DNA of 52,317 nucleotides, from positions 1 to 52,317 of the forward strand of contig DXJF01000057.1 of assembly GCA_019057375.1 (NCBI GenBank), written 5' to 3'. Positions 27,655-37,397 of this stretch are shown here, piece after piece. Under the pieces are notes generated by a model that was not told where the DNA came from, ran no database searches, and saw only the letters and a program-made list of their open reading frames with translations. Within the stretch, counting starts at the first letter, position 1, and every line of letters begins with the position of its first letter. The translations under genes were made by a program, and so were the position numbers. Source of the stretch: Candidatus Heimdallarchaeota archaeon (lineage in GTDB: Archaea; Asgardarchaeota; Heimdallarchaeia; Heimdallarchaeales; Heimdallarchaeaceae).

Positions 27655-27791
27655 TACAAATAGGTTAGAAGATTCATCTAATTAAAGCTAACTGAATATT
27701 GAAATTCTACTTTAGAAAGAAATTCTTAAGATATATCTTATATTTTTCGAAAAATTACAATTATTTATAAAAAAAGAATTTGTGAAGAAAA

Positions 27792-28418
27792 TTATTTCTT
27801 CTTCTCAAGTTTTTTATCTTCTTTAGCTATTGTTTCTACAAGTTCCTTGAAATTTTTGGGTTCTTGTCCTTCCTCTATTGTAAAAACTACAGGACGTCTT
27901 TTTCTTTCAACATCAAGAGCTCTAGCTATTTTGCCAGCTTCGTATTTTTCTTTAACTTGAGATTTCTTCCCAATCCACACATAGATTTCATCGTATGCAT
28001 CGATTACGAATGAATCATTAGATTTGAGATTCTTATACTTAATAGGTATCTCTTTAGTTTGTATTGTGCCATCATCTTTCTGGATGATCTGAAGAAGTTT
28101 ATAATCAACATCAAGTTTCTTTTCAAAATGTTTTAGAAAACCAGGTGTATCCCCTTCAATAACCTCAAAACTCACTAGATTCTTGAATTCTTCAGGTTCA
28201 TCCCCGTCCATGACTGTTTTGATTAGTAAATCCTTGTTGTCTTCTTCCACAACTTTTGCTGTCCATGCGCCTACGGCTTTATCATCACAGTAAGATTTCT
28301 TACCTAGCCAAATCCAAATATGAGTAGTAGATACTACTAGATAGACATCACCATTGAGAAATTTGTAGGGTTCCTTCATTGGCATTAATCTTTTTCTAAC
28401 AACGTGGTAAACATTCAT
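27792..28418 (-). CDS. Two-domain gelsolin-like protein (eukaryotic signature protein)
   Basis: Two repeats of the gelsolin pattern: LNGDVYLV..IWIWLGKKS...GDEPEEF and LKSNDSFVID..IYVWIGKKS..EK...EGQEPKNF. Confidence 0.85.
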   Translation of the reverse strand: MNVYHVVRKRLMPMKEPYKFLNGDVYLVVSTTHIWIWLGKKSYCDDKAVGAWTAKVVEEDNKDLLIKTVMDGDEPEEFKNLVSFEVIEGDTPGFLKHFEKKLDVDYKLLQIIQKDDGTIQTKEIPIKYKNLKSNDSFVIDAYDEIYVWIGKKSQVKEKYEAGKIARALDVERKRRPVVFTIEEGQEPKNFKELVETIAKEDKKLEKKK

Positions 28419-28575
28419 AGTATAAGGAAATAAGAACCAAATTAAAAGATTTATGATTGGATTTTGTCAAGTTTTAATAGAAAACTATATGGGGAGAAAC
28501 AGGTTGGCAATATTTTTGCTCAAAAAAGTTGCTTATCTAGTAAAATTTTAATAGTTTCAAGCTTATAAAATCCTT

Positions 28576-29244
28576 ATGAGTAATTCTACTGATGAAGAAT
28601 CTATATTCGATGATAGTGAAACTGAACTTTTATGGAAGAAAATTATCGAAAAGATAAAACCTTACCTAACTCGTGAAGATATCGTAAATATGGATTTGGA
28701 CAGTTTTTCAGCGTTAGTTAATCGATTATGTACAATTAAGGAGATTACAGAGCAAGAACAGAATTATGCTAAGAAAAACAGAGATTTGATTCTAATACGA
28801 ATGGGTTTACTACACAATATTCCTGATTTGAGTGAAACTGATCTAGAACTTGCTCTTAAGCAAATAGCTGTTCGTTTAACTACACATTATTTCCAAAATA
28901 GTAATGTCAACTCTCTTGAAGAAGCAGAAAACATGGTCTTAGAGATGATGAGACTAGGTTTTGCATCTAATGTTACAGTAAGCTTAAATCCAGAAGAGGA
29001 AATTATTAAGCTTAGGGAAAAATTATCTATAATTTCTAAAGTAACTCTTGATAATGCTAAAGACATTGCTACATTACTGACAAAAACAAAAGATAGTCTA
29101 ATGAATATAGGTATATCTGGTTCTGTTTTCTATGAAATAGAAAAATTGTGTCAAATGCTAAAGAGACAGAAAGAAGAAGATCTGCCAACAAAAAATGATA
29201 TCATAGAAGCTTCTTTTGAATGGCAAGTGAAAATTCAAAAGTGA
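28576..29244 (+). CDS. Hypothetical alpha-helical protein; C-terminus may be a Vps28-like four-helix bundle
   Basis: 222-aa ORF; the resemblance is by eye only. Confidence 0.6.
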   Translation: MSNSTDEESIFDDSETELLWKKIIEKIKPYLTREDIVNMDLDSFSALVNRLCTIKEITEQEQNYAKKNRDLILIRMGLLHNIPDLSETDLELALKQIAVRLTTHYFQNSNVNSLEEAENMVLEMMRLGFASNVTVSLNPEEEIIKLREKLSIISKVTLDNAKDIATLLTKTKDSLMNIGISGSVFYEIEKLCQMLKRQKEEDLPTKNDIIEASFEWQVKIQK

Positions 29245-29249
29245 GAATA

Positions 29250-29984
29250 ATGGAAGAAGATTCAAAAATTTCTGAAATACCTAAAATCGAATCAACAGAA
29301 GAAACAACTAAAGAAGAGACTTCTAAGAAATTTGATGAACAAGTGTCAGATACTTTTCAAACAGTTACTACAAAACTAAAAGAAGTTGTAAATATTGATC
29401 TTTTTTTACCTGACATACTTGAATGGATCTTAGAAAAGCTAAAACAAGGTCCAACTTTAGTCATAGGAGAAAACATTGGAAACTTTGCTGGGGAGGTTTC
29501 TAAGTTTGTTCCAACTGTAATAGCAAGAGAAACAGTTTCTTCCTATGTAAGCCCTAAAATCGAAGTTAAAGATGAAGCAATGCTCTCTAAAATTGATTTG
29601 AAAGCATTTGATATAGATAAGCTAAAAACTCAACAGGGACCTTTTCTGAATATTATACTAATTTTCTCACTCAAAAAGTTGGAAAAACCTATCCAATATG
29701 AATTACTCAGAGAGTGTAAGAGAGTGCTTTCTAGAGAGGGGCAGTTAATTCTAGTAGGGGAGTTCTATCCTAAATCGGTTCTGCTGTATCCAGTAACACT
29801 AACAAAAGAAGGACTTAAGATTTTCAAATCTGCAATCCGTAAAAAGAAAGTTGATAGACCAATTACAAATTTCGATAAGATGGCAAATGATCTTGAACTC
29901 AAATTCTTTGATGTTAAACACGATGCAGGTGGGAGAATACGTACATACATTCTAACCAAACGTTGGGGAGCTCTTCTTACTTAA
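29250..29984 (+). CDS. Degenerate class I SAM-methyltransferase-fold protein
   Basis: LVIGENIGNFA at the motif I position and LLRECKRVLSREGQLILVGE (post-II/III pattern); acidic N-terminus. Confidence 0.55.
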   Translation: MEEDSKISEIPKIESTEETTKEETSKKFDEQVSDTFQTVTTKLKEVVNIDLFLPDILEWILEKLKQGPTLVIGENIGNFAGEVSKFVPTVIARETVSSYVSPKIEVKDEAMLSKIDLKAFDIDKLKTQQGPFLNIILIFSLKKLEKPIQYELLRECKRVLSREGQLILVGEFYPKSVLLYPVTLTKEGLKIFKSAIRKKKVDRPITNFDKMANDLELKFFDVKHDAGGRIRTYILTKRWGALLT

Positions 29985-30334
29985 TTATCCGCTTTTCCCC
30001 ATTTAATTTTCTCATCAGTAAGTGAACCAACAGGATATTTTTTCCAATTTTTGTCAATTTTCTGAAATACAGCGTCATTCAAGTTGATATCTAATTCATG
30101 AGCAATTAAGAATAAATAGATTGCAACATCAGCAAGTTCATCAGCTAAAGAACCTTGAATTTTGTGGATTTCTCCTTTAATCTCTGAATCAGTTTGCCAT
30201 TGAATTAACTCGAATAGTTCTCCAATTTCTACAATTAACGAAAGGGCTAAATTCTTGGGGGTATGATATTTTTTCCACTTTCTTGCATTTCTAAAATCTA
30301 GTATTTTTTCAGTAATTTCCTCTATAGAACTCAC
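29981..30334 (-). CDS. MazG-like nucleotide pyrophosphohydrolase
   Basis: W.KYHTPKNLALSL.VEIGELFE...DELADV..Y...K..KYPV pattern. Confidence 0.88.
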   Translation of the reverse strand: MSSIEEITEKILDFRNARKWKKYHTPKNLALSLIVEIGELFELIQWQTDSEIKGEIHKIQGSLADELADVAIYLFLIAHELDINLNDAVFQKIDKNWKKYPVGSLTDEKIKWGKADN

Positions 30335-30376
30335 AAAAATTAGAAAGAAAGAGAATAATTAACTCTTTCTCTTTAA

Positions 30377-31456
30377 TCAAGCAACTTTGTATGTCCAGTT
30401 AAATTCATCTTTAACTTTACCTGTTTGAATACCTACTAACCCATCATAAAGTCGTTGAGTTATATCTCCTACTTCATTATCATTGATCAGATATTCCTGA
30501 TTATTATAGAATATTTTGCCAATGGGAGTAATTGATGCTGCAGTCCCTACAAAAAATGCTTCTGTACACGTTCCGTTTGTAATTTGATCAACAATGACAT
30601 TTATGTCAAGATTTTCTTCATGTGTGCTATAACCCATCTTGTTTGCTATTTCGATGACAGATTCTCTTGTTATTCCACGAAGTATCGTTCCATCTAATTT
30701 GGGTGTGTAAATTTCTCCATCAATAACAAACATAATATTCATTGCACTACCTTCCTCAACATATTTTCTTTCTATTGAATCTAGCCAGATAACCATTGGA
30801 TAACCCAGTTCTCTTGCTTTTTTCGTTTCATAAAGAGTTGCAGCATAATTCCCTCCTGTTTTAGCTTCACCTGTTCCACCAGGAGCGGCTCTAACATTTT
30901 CAACTGCTACATATGCTTTAGTTGGTTGAAAACCATCCTTGAAGAAAGGGCCTACAGGAGCTAGAATAACATAAAAATAGAATTCTTCACTTGGTCTTAA
31001 ACCGATGAATGTTTCAGAAGCAATCATTGTTGGTCGGATATACAAGGAAGTTCCTGGTGAGTTTGGAACCCATTCATTGTCTACTCTAATCAGCTCTGTT
31101 ATGGCTTTAACAAAAAGATCTTTGTTAATTTTAGGCATACACATTCTTTCAGCTGAAAAATTCATACGTTCTGCATTTTCATAAGGTCTAAACATATGAA
31201 TTGATCCATCTGGATGACGAAATGCTTTCATTCCTTCAAAAATTTCTTGACTATAATGCAAGACAGAACATGCAGGATCCATTTCAAATGATTGATAAGG
31301 AATAATTCTGGGATCTTGCCATTTACCCTCTTTAAAGTGCATGAAAAACATATGATCAGTAAAATCTTTTCCAAAGGTTAAACTGGAATCTTCATGTTTT
31401 TGTTTTCTTTCTTCTTCTTTGCATAAAAGAATTGGAATATCCATAAATTCACTCAT
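30377..31456 (-). CDS. ilvE: Branched-chain amino acid aminotransferase
   Basis: LHYSQEIFEGMKAF, LYIRP, AKTGGNYA, EEGSAMN, ILRGITR and GTAA motifs. Confidence 0.95.
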   Translation of the reverse strand: MSEFMDIPILLCKEEERKQKHEDSSLTFGKDFTDHMFFMHFKEGKWQDPRIIPYQSFEMDPACSVLHYSQEIFEGMKAFRHPDGSIHMFRPYENAERMNFSAERMCMPKINKDLFVKAITELIRVDNEWVPNSPGTSLYIRPTMIASETFIGLRPSEEFYFYVILAPVGPFFKDGFQPTKAYVAVENVRAAPGGTGEAKTGGNYAATLYETKKARELGYPMVIWLDSIERKYVEEGSAMNIMFVIDGEIYTPKLDGTILRGITRESVIEIANKMGYSTHEENLDINVIVDQITNGTCTEAFFVGTAASITPIGKIFYNNQEYLINDNEVGDITQRLYDGLVGIQTGKVKDEFNWTYKVA

Positions 31457-31534
31457 TGTAGCGTTAGAATAGATGGTTAGTTTAAAAGATTTATTGATGA
31501 ACCTTACTCAAGTATATAAAAGAAGTTTAACTAA

Positions 31535-32548
31535 CTATTTCTTCTTTCTAATTTCCATCAAATCAGTGTAATGTTGTCTCATTGTTTTTCTAGATGGCCA
31601 AAGTCTTAAAGATCTCGCGATATAATATCTTCCTCCTCTTAGTAGAATCACATCAGGTTTTAGCATTGGTGCCCAGATATGAGCAATTTGGAAGGAAATG
31701 GACGCTTGCAATGATTGTTTGAATTTTATTTTATTTATCTTTACTTTATTCTTTTCCAGTTCATCAAAATAAATATCCTGTAGTTCTTCTAGAGTAAATG
31801 GTCTTTCGGAAAATCTTACTCGAAAACCCTCAGCATGAATTGGTAAAAGATCATAAAAATGGATGAAATCTAATGCAGGAGATGCTATCATACTCTCTTG
31901 CCAGTCAAGTAGATAAATCTTAGTAGATGTTTGAAGAAAGTTATATGTCCATGTTCCACCATGAACTAGAGTTCTTCCAGCAGCTAAAAATCTTTCTAAG
32001 AAATCTTTGGAGTTAATGTCTTTTCTAACAGTTTCAAGATTTGTTTTTGTTAGAGGTGTTTTACCTTTATGACTTTCTGCTATTTTCAGTGCTTTCTTAA
32101 TATTATCTTGAAGTTTTCTCTTGATATCCTTCCAATTTTCTTCATTAACATTGGGGAGATTTTCTAATGTATCAAGTATGGGGTTGTTATAGAATTTTGA
32201 ATTAATCTTTGCAACTTCCCTTAGAGCAGCTTCAATATTATCTTTTTTCCAATTTTTTGGATGGATACTTTTAGGAATTTTTTCTAGCAATATCCAGGGA
32301 ATTTCGCTTGTTTTAGAAATGGCAATTATCTTGGGAACTGGTAGCTTAAACTTCTTAACTAAACTAGAATAAATAATCCATTCTTCTTTTGTAGTATTTT
32401 GCTTAAGAATACCTTCTTTTTCTTTACCCCAAGAAATTTCAGTAACCTTAGCAGTAGAAGTTCCTGCTAGTTCTCTTCTGAATTTTATTTGATCTGAAGA
32501 TATCTTAAGTTTTTGAGCTACCTCATCTAAAATGGAAAGATTACTCAA
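31535..32548 (-). CDS. APH/choline-kinase-fold protein with a non-canonical catalytic loop (HGG in place of HGD)
   Basis: GILKQ lysine, LVHGGTWTYN and LLDWQ motifs; TTG start. Confidence 0.7.
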   Translation of the reverse strand: MSNLSILDEVAQKLKISSDQIKFRRELAGTSTAKVTEISWGKEKEGILKQNTTKEEWIIYSSLVKKFKLPVPKIIAISKTSEIPWILLEKIPKSIHPKNWKKDNIEAALREVAKINSKFYNNPILDTLENLPNVNEENWKDIKRKLQDNIKKALKIAESHKGKTPLTKTNLETVRKDINSKDFLERFLAAGRTLVHGGTWTYNFLQTSTKIYLLDWQESMIASPALDFIHFYDLLPIHAEGFRVRFSERPFTLEELQDIYFDELEKNKVKINKIKFKQSLQASISFQIAHIWAPMLKPDVILLRGGRYYIARSLRLWPSRKTMRQHYTDLMEIRKKK

Positions 32549-32684
32549 TCAATCACCGGTTAAATGTTCTTGTTCCTTACTCTTTTTAACTATTTCTGCT
32601 AAAATTTCTATTGATTTCTCCTTAGTGGCATGTGATTATTTATAAATAAGTTTGGTTTCACATAAGCTGTTAGAGGTGTTTCTT

Positions 32685-33605
32685 ATGAGTAAACATGTTG
32701 TTTCTGTATCATTAGGTTCTTCGACAAGAGATTATAAGCGAGAATATACTCTAGGGAACGAAGTTGTTATTGTTGAACGAATCGGAACAAATGGAGATAT
32801 GAAAGAATACAAAGATTTGATTGAGAGCTTAGATGGCAAAGTTGATGCTTTTGGAGTTGGGGGAGCAGACTTGTATTTAGTTAGAGGAGAAAGAAAGTAT
32901 AAAATCAGAGATGTTTGGAAGAAATTAATCAAAAATGTGAAAGACACACCTATTGTTGATGGAGGAGGGATAAAAAGCACCTTGGAAGGGAGAATTATGC
33001 AGTTTGCAGAAGAAAAACTTCCTGAAGAAGTAGAAGAAAGTAGAGCAACTTTAGTGACTGCGGCAGTAGATCGCTGGTATCAAGCAGAAAGTGCATGGGA
33101 ATTTGTTGGAAGAAAAAGGAAACTAATTACATTTGGAGATTTATTGTGGGGATTTAAGTTAGGTATTCCTTTGCACTCAATAAGAAGTGTAAATATAATC
33201 GGAACTATTCTCTTACCTATTGTCAGCAGACTACCTTTTAGTTGGCTTTATCCAACAGGTGAAAAACAAGAAGTACATAGCCCATCATTTACTAAATATT
33301 TTAAGAAAGCAAAGTGGATTGTTGGAGATTATCTTTTTATTAAAAGAAACATGCCTCTTGATGGAATGAAGAATAAAGTTGTTATAACTAATACAACCAC
33401 CGCATCGGATGTTGAACAACTGAGAGATATAGGCGTTAAATATATTATTACTTCTACACCAAGAGTAGGAGGACGATCTTTTGGAACTAATGTCTTAGAA
33501 GCAGCTATTGTAGCAATTAGTGGAGAAAAAAGAGAATTAACAAGAGATGAATATGAGGAATTTTTGAAGAAATTCAAAATAGAGCCAATTTTACAGAAGT
33601 TGTAA
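32685..33605 (+). CDS. Conserved hypothetical protein; family often auto-annotated 'quinate 5-dehydrogenase'
   Basis: VVSVSLGSS.RD, ERIGT.GD, VDGGG.K.TLE and GR.FGTNV.EA recognised from memory of the family; GAGGTG Shine-Dalgarno element before ATG 32685. Confidence 0.65.
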   Translation: MSKHVVSVSLGSSTRDYKREYTLGNEVVIVERIGTNGDMKEYKDLIESLDGKVDAFGVGGADLYLVRGERKYKIRDVWKKLIKNVKDTPIVDGGGIKSTLEGRIMQFAEEKLPEEVEESRATLVTAAVDRWYQAESAWEFVGRKRKLITFGDLLWGFKLGIPLHSIRSVNIIGTILLPIVSRLPFSWLYPTGEKQEVHSPSFTKYFKKAKWIVGDYLFIKRNMPLDGMKNKVVITNTTTASDVEQLRDIGVKYIITSTPRVGGRSFGTNVLEAAIVAISGEKRELTRDEYEEFLKKFKIEPILQKL

Positions 33606-33619
33606 GAGTAGGGGATATA

Positions 33620-34435
33620 ATGGAAAAATATAATGCAGTAATCCTGTCAGGATATACTGAAAGAGATAATGTTATTTGTGAGATGGAAAATGTTCCTAAA
33701 AAGGGGTTAGTCAAACTAGGAGAGAAGATTTTTCTAGAAAGAATCGTAAAGGCAATTTTAAAGTGTGAAAAGATTGGAGATATTTACATAAGTGGCATGT
33801 CTGAAGATGAATGGAAAACTGATCTACCAGTGATTTTCAATGAAGATACAAGTAACATGTTTAGAAAGGTTGTCAACATTTATGATAAATTTATTACTAA
33901 AAAAGAAACTTACTCAGAAATAGTTATTCTTCTTACCAGTGATATTCCTTTGATAACTCCAGAGATATTGACAAGAGCTATTGAAAGATGCGAAGCAGCA
34001 TCAGGGGGAGACTTAAATGGGGTTTTTTACTATTCAGTTGTTCCAAGAGAATTTATGGAAGCAAAATTTCCTAATTCAAACAGGACCTATGCTAAATTTA
34101 AAAACAAATTTCATGTTTGTGGAGCGGATGTATCTATCTTTAATGTTAGAAAAATGCTGAATCATGAGAAACTCATTGATGATTTAACAGATAAACGAAA
34201 GAATGTACTATCCCAACTAATTGTTCTTAATCCTTTTCTAGTTATTCGATTTTTACTCAAAAGATTAACTCTAGATAAATTTATGAGATCAATTAATAGA
34301 AGAGTGTTTAAGGTTAAGGATGGCGTTCATGCTGTCATAACTGAAGATGCAGAATTAGCAATGGATGTGGATAAACCCCATCAATTAGAGGAAGTTAGAA
34401 GATATTATAATGAGAATAAGGGTATCTATGATTAG
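33620..34435 (+). CDS. MobA-like NTP transferase (GT-A fold)
   Basis: AVILSG, KGL, SDIPLI and MDVDKP motifs. Confidence 0.75.
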   Translation: MEKYNAVILSGYTERDNVICEMENVPKKGLVKLGEKIFLERIVKAILKCEKIGDIYISGMSEDEWKTDLPVIFNEDTSNMFRKVVNIYDKFITKKETYSEIVILLTSDIPLITPEILTRAIERCEAASGGDLNGVFYYSVVPREFMEAKFPNSNRTYAKFKNKFHVCGADVSIFNVRKMLNHEKLIDDLTDKRKNVLSQLIVLNPFLVIRFLLKRLTLDKFMRSINRRVFKVKDGVHAVITEDAELAMDVDKPHQLEEVRRYYNENKGIYD

Positions 34436-34490
34436 AAATTCTTGTTGCACGAACACTCATACTTAAATACAATTTTGAAAGGTAATTTTT

Positions 34491-35057
34491 ATGGCAGAGC
34501 TATTCAAGAAAATTGATGAATGGGATAAGAGTATATCTAAACGAATAGCTCAAAAATCTCAAAAGAATCTCAAGATAGCAAGTTTTTTTGCACTTTCCGG
34601 GAATGCACAACCTTGGTTTGTAATTTCAATCTTATTTTTCTTTTTAGATGTCTTCATGGAAAGATCAGACAATTTAATTCAGATGACGTTAGCAGGAGCT
34701 GTTGGACTAACTACCACTACTATAAAATACCTTACTAAACGAAAAAGACCCAATGAACAAGTAGCTCTAAAATATATAGCAACTGGAGATTATTTTAGTT
34801 TTCCAAGTGGTCATGCTTCAAGAATGGGAAGCTTAGCAATGTTTATGACACTTATTTTTCCAACATTTGGTTGGATTTTTGCACTATGGGCAATAGCTGT
34901 TTGTTACGGAAGAATAGCATTAGAAGTACATTATTTTGGGGATATTGTAGGAGGAGTAATTTGTGGAGCAATCGTTGGTGCTATTTTTTATGCAATTAGA
35001 AATTATCTGTACATCATTTTTGATCCGATTTCAATTTGGTTTCCAACGATATGGTAA
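34491..35057 (+). CDS. PAP2 family membrane phosphatase
   Basis: KYLTKRKRP, SFPSGH and RIALEVHYFGDI motifs. Confidence 0.9.
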   Translation: MAELFKKIDEWDKSISKRIAQKSQKNLKIASFFALSGNAQPWFVISILFFFLDVFMERSDNLIQMTLAGAVGLTTTTIKYLTKRKRPNEQVALKYIATGDYFSFPSGHASRMGSLAMFMTLIFPTFGWIFALWAIAVCYGRIALEVHYFGDIVGGVICGAIVGAIFYAIRNYLYIIFDPISIWFPTIW

Positions 35058-35088
35058 ATTTAATAAAAGATTGAATTTCAGATTATTC

Positions 35089-36363
35089 ATGACAGAGGAG
35101 CACAAGATTGATCCATGGAAAATGGCAGTTAAACAGTTAGAAAAAATGGGTGAAATACTCAAGATCGATAAGAACATAATCAAAATTCTAAAGAACCCTA
35201 TCAGAATCATTGAAACCAATTTTCCTGTAGTTATGGATGATGGAAGGCTCGAAATATTCACTGGATTTCGTGTTCATCATAATGAAAACCTACCAAATAA
35301 AGGAGGGATTAGATTTAGTCCAGAAGTTACTAAAGAAGAAGTTATGGCTCTAGCTTTCTGGATGACGCTCAAATGTGCTGTTATAGGTTTACCTTATTCT
35401 GGAGCAAAAGGGGGAGTGATTTGTAACCCTCGAGAGATGTCATTAGAAGAAATAGAAAAAGTAACTAGAAGATATACTCATCAAATGATCAATGTATTCA
35501 ACCCTCGAAGCGATATACCTGCTCCAGATATCAACACATCTTCTAGAGAAATGGCTTGGATTTATGATACTTATAGCATGTGGGGAGGACACTCAGCTTT
35601 GGGAGTAGTAACAGGAAAGCCTGTTGAATTGGGTGGATCTCTAGGAAGAGATTCTGCAACAGGAAGAGGAGTATTTTTTATCACTCGTCAAGCGATGAAG
35701 AGATTGAAATTGTCCTTAGAAGGAGCAACAGTTGCAGTTCAAGGTTTTGGAAATGTAGGTTCTTGGTATGCTAGAATCATTGCTGAAAATGGGTCCAAAG
35801 TTATAGCAGTATCAGATTGGCAAGGTGGAATCTTTAATGAGGAGGGATTTGATGTTGAAGATCTTTACAAATATGTTTACGAAAATCCAGAAAATATTGA
35901 TCAATCTGTTCTTGGATATCAAAATTCAACTAAAGACATATCTAATGAAGAGCTCCTAGAATTAGAAGTTGATATATTAGCTCCTTGTGCCGTTGAAGGT
36001 GTAATTACTAAGATCAATGCCCCTAATGTCAAAGCTAAGATTATTGCTGAAGGAGCTAATGGTCCTACAACTCCAGGTGCGGACGAAATCCTAATAGAGA
36101 ATAATATCCTCATTTTACCAGACATTCTGGCAAACGCTGGTGGAGTAACCGTTAGTTATTTCGAATGGGTTCAAGGTAATGATGCTCTTTTCTGGACTGA
36201 AGAAGAGGTAAACAATAAACTTGAAGAAATCATAGTTAGAGCTTTTGATAGCGTCTTTAACTATGCTGATGAACATAGCATAAAAGACATGAGACTAGCA
36301 GCTTATGCCATAGCATCAGAAAGAATTATCAAACAATATGAATTAAGAGGTATTTATCCTTAA
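35089..36363 (+). CDS. gdhA: Glu/Leu/Phe/Val dehydrogenase, most likely glutamate dehydrogenase
   Basis: KGGIRF, GAKGG, PAPD, GKP..LGGS.GR..ATGRG, GFGNVG, EGANGP, NAGGVTVSYFEW; start set at ATG 35089. Confidence 0.92.
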   Translation: MTEEHKIDPWKMAVKQLEKMGEILKIDKNIIKILKNPIRIIETNFPVVMDDGRLEIFTGFRVHHNENLPNKGGIRFSPEVTKEEVMALAFWMTLKCAVIGLPYSGAKGGVICNPREMSLEEIEKVTRRYTHQMINVFNPRSDIPAPDINTSSREMAWIYDTYSMWGGHSALGVVTGKPVELGGSLGRDSATGRGVFFITRQAMKRLKLSLEGATVAVQGFGNVGSWYARIIAENGSKVIAVSDWQGGIFNEEGFDVEDLYKYVYENPENIDQSVLGYQNSTKDISNEELLELEVDILAPCAVEGVITKINAPNVKAKIIAEGANGPTTPGADEILIENNILILPDILANAGGVTVSYFEWVQGNDALFWTEEEVNNKLEEIIVRAFDSVFNYADEHSIKDMRLAAYAIASERIIKQYELRGIYP

Positions 36364-36389
36364 ATATCTCTACTCTTTAGTTATGCAAA

Positions 36390-37217
36390 TCACGTTATTG
36401 GACCAATTAAGTTACTTAGAATGGGTTCAATGAAATTATCTAGAAACATCATTATAACAAAGCCAATGATTACTCCAAAAGTAACCAATCGAGAATATTC
36501 TTTTCCATGCGTTTCTGGTATTATTTCATCAACAACTACAAATATCATTGCTCCAGCTGCAAAAGCCATCCCAAAACCAAGGAAAAATTGTACGGTTGAA
36601 ACTGCAGTAACACCAATAACTGCACCTAAAGGTTCTACTAATCCAGATGCAGCGGCTATCATAAATGCTTTCTTTTTTGAATATCCTTCTCTAAGTAAAG
36701 GCATTGCTACAGCAGTTCCTTCAGGAATGTTCTGAAGACCTATTGCAATAGCAACAACTGTACCTTCACCAACATTTCCACTACCATAACTCACTCCAAC
36801 AGCTAAACCCTCAGGAAAATTGTGAATTGTAATAGCTATAACAAATAACCAGGTAGCTGCTAAACGTTTGGACATTTTACCTTCAGGACCGGAAACAAAA
36901 TGCTCATGAGGTGCCCATTTATCAATTATATCTATAAAAACCGCTCCTACTACAACTCCTATTACTACAATCCAAATACTATCAAGTTCAAATTTTGAAC
37001 CAATAGGTAAAGGATCTAAATTTAGAGCTGGAACTAGCAAACTAAAAGCTGAAGCAGCTAACATAACACCTGCTGCAAAACCTAATAGAAGGTCTAAGGT
37101 TTTATCGCTTATATCTTTCTTGAAGAAAACAGGAATAGCTCCAAAAGCTGTTGCTAAACCAGCAAATAATGATGCTCCTGTACCTATGAGTATGATTTGC
37201 CATGTAGCTAAAACCAT
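36390..37217 (-). CDS. ZIP family metal transporter (ZupT/GufA-like)
   Basis: GFAAGVML, HNFPEGLAVG, QNIPEG, EPLGA and AAGAMIFV motifs. Confidence 0.92.
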   Translation of the reverse strand: MVLATWQIILIGTGASLFAGLATAFGAIPVFFKKDISDKTLDLLLGFAAGVMLAASAFSLLVPALNLDPLPIGSKFELDSIWIVVIGVVVGAVFIDIIDKWAPHEHFVSGPEGKMSKRLAATWLFVIAITIHNFPEGLAVGVSYGSGNVGEGTVVAIAIGLQNIPEGTAVAMPLLREGYSKKKAFMIAAASGLVEPLGAVIGVTAVSTVQFFLGFGMAFAAGAMIFVVVDEIIPETHGKEYSRLVTFGVIIGFVIMMFLDNFIEPILSNLIGPIT

Positions 37218-37397
37218 TAATCGATCTCCAATTATTTATTCTACTACTTATGAAATCGTTTCTAATTAATAATATATCGCTTAACCAAATGAAATTGAAA
37301 AAAAAGAGAAAATAGGTCTCTTAAAAATATTTGTCAGAATTTTGCTCTTTTTCTTTGTTCGAATAGCTTTAAATATATCCTATCTATTGCTTTGAAC

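Noticed and set aside
34963-35088. Apparent N-terminal extension of glutamate dehydrogenase overlapping the PAP2 gene
   Set aside because: Artefact of an upstream GTG; family-like sequence starts at ATG 35089.
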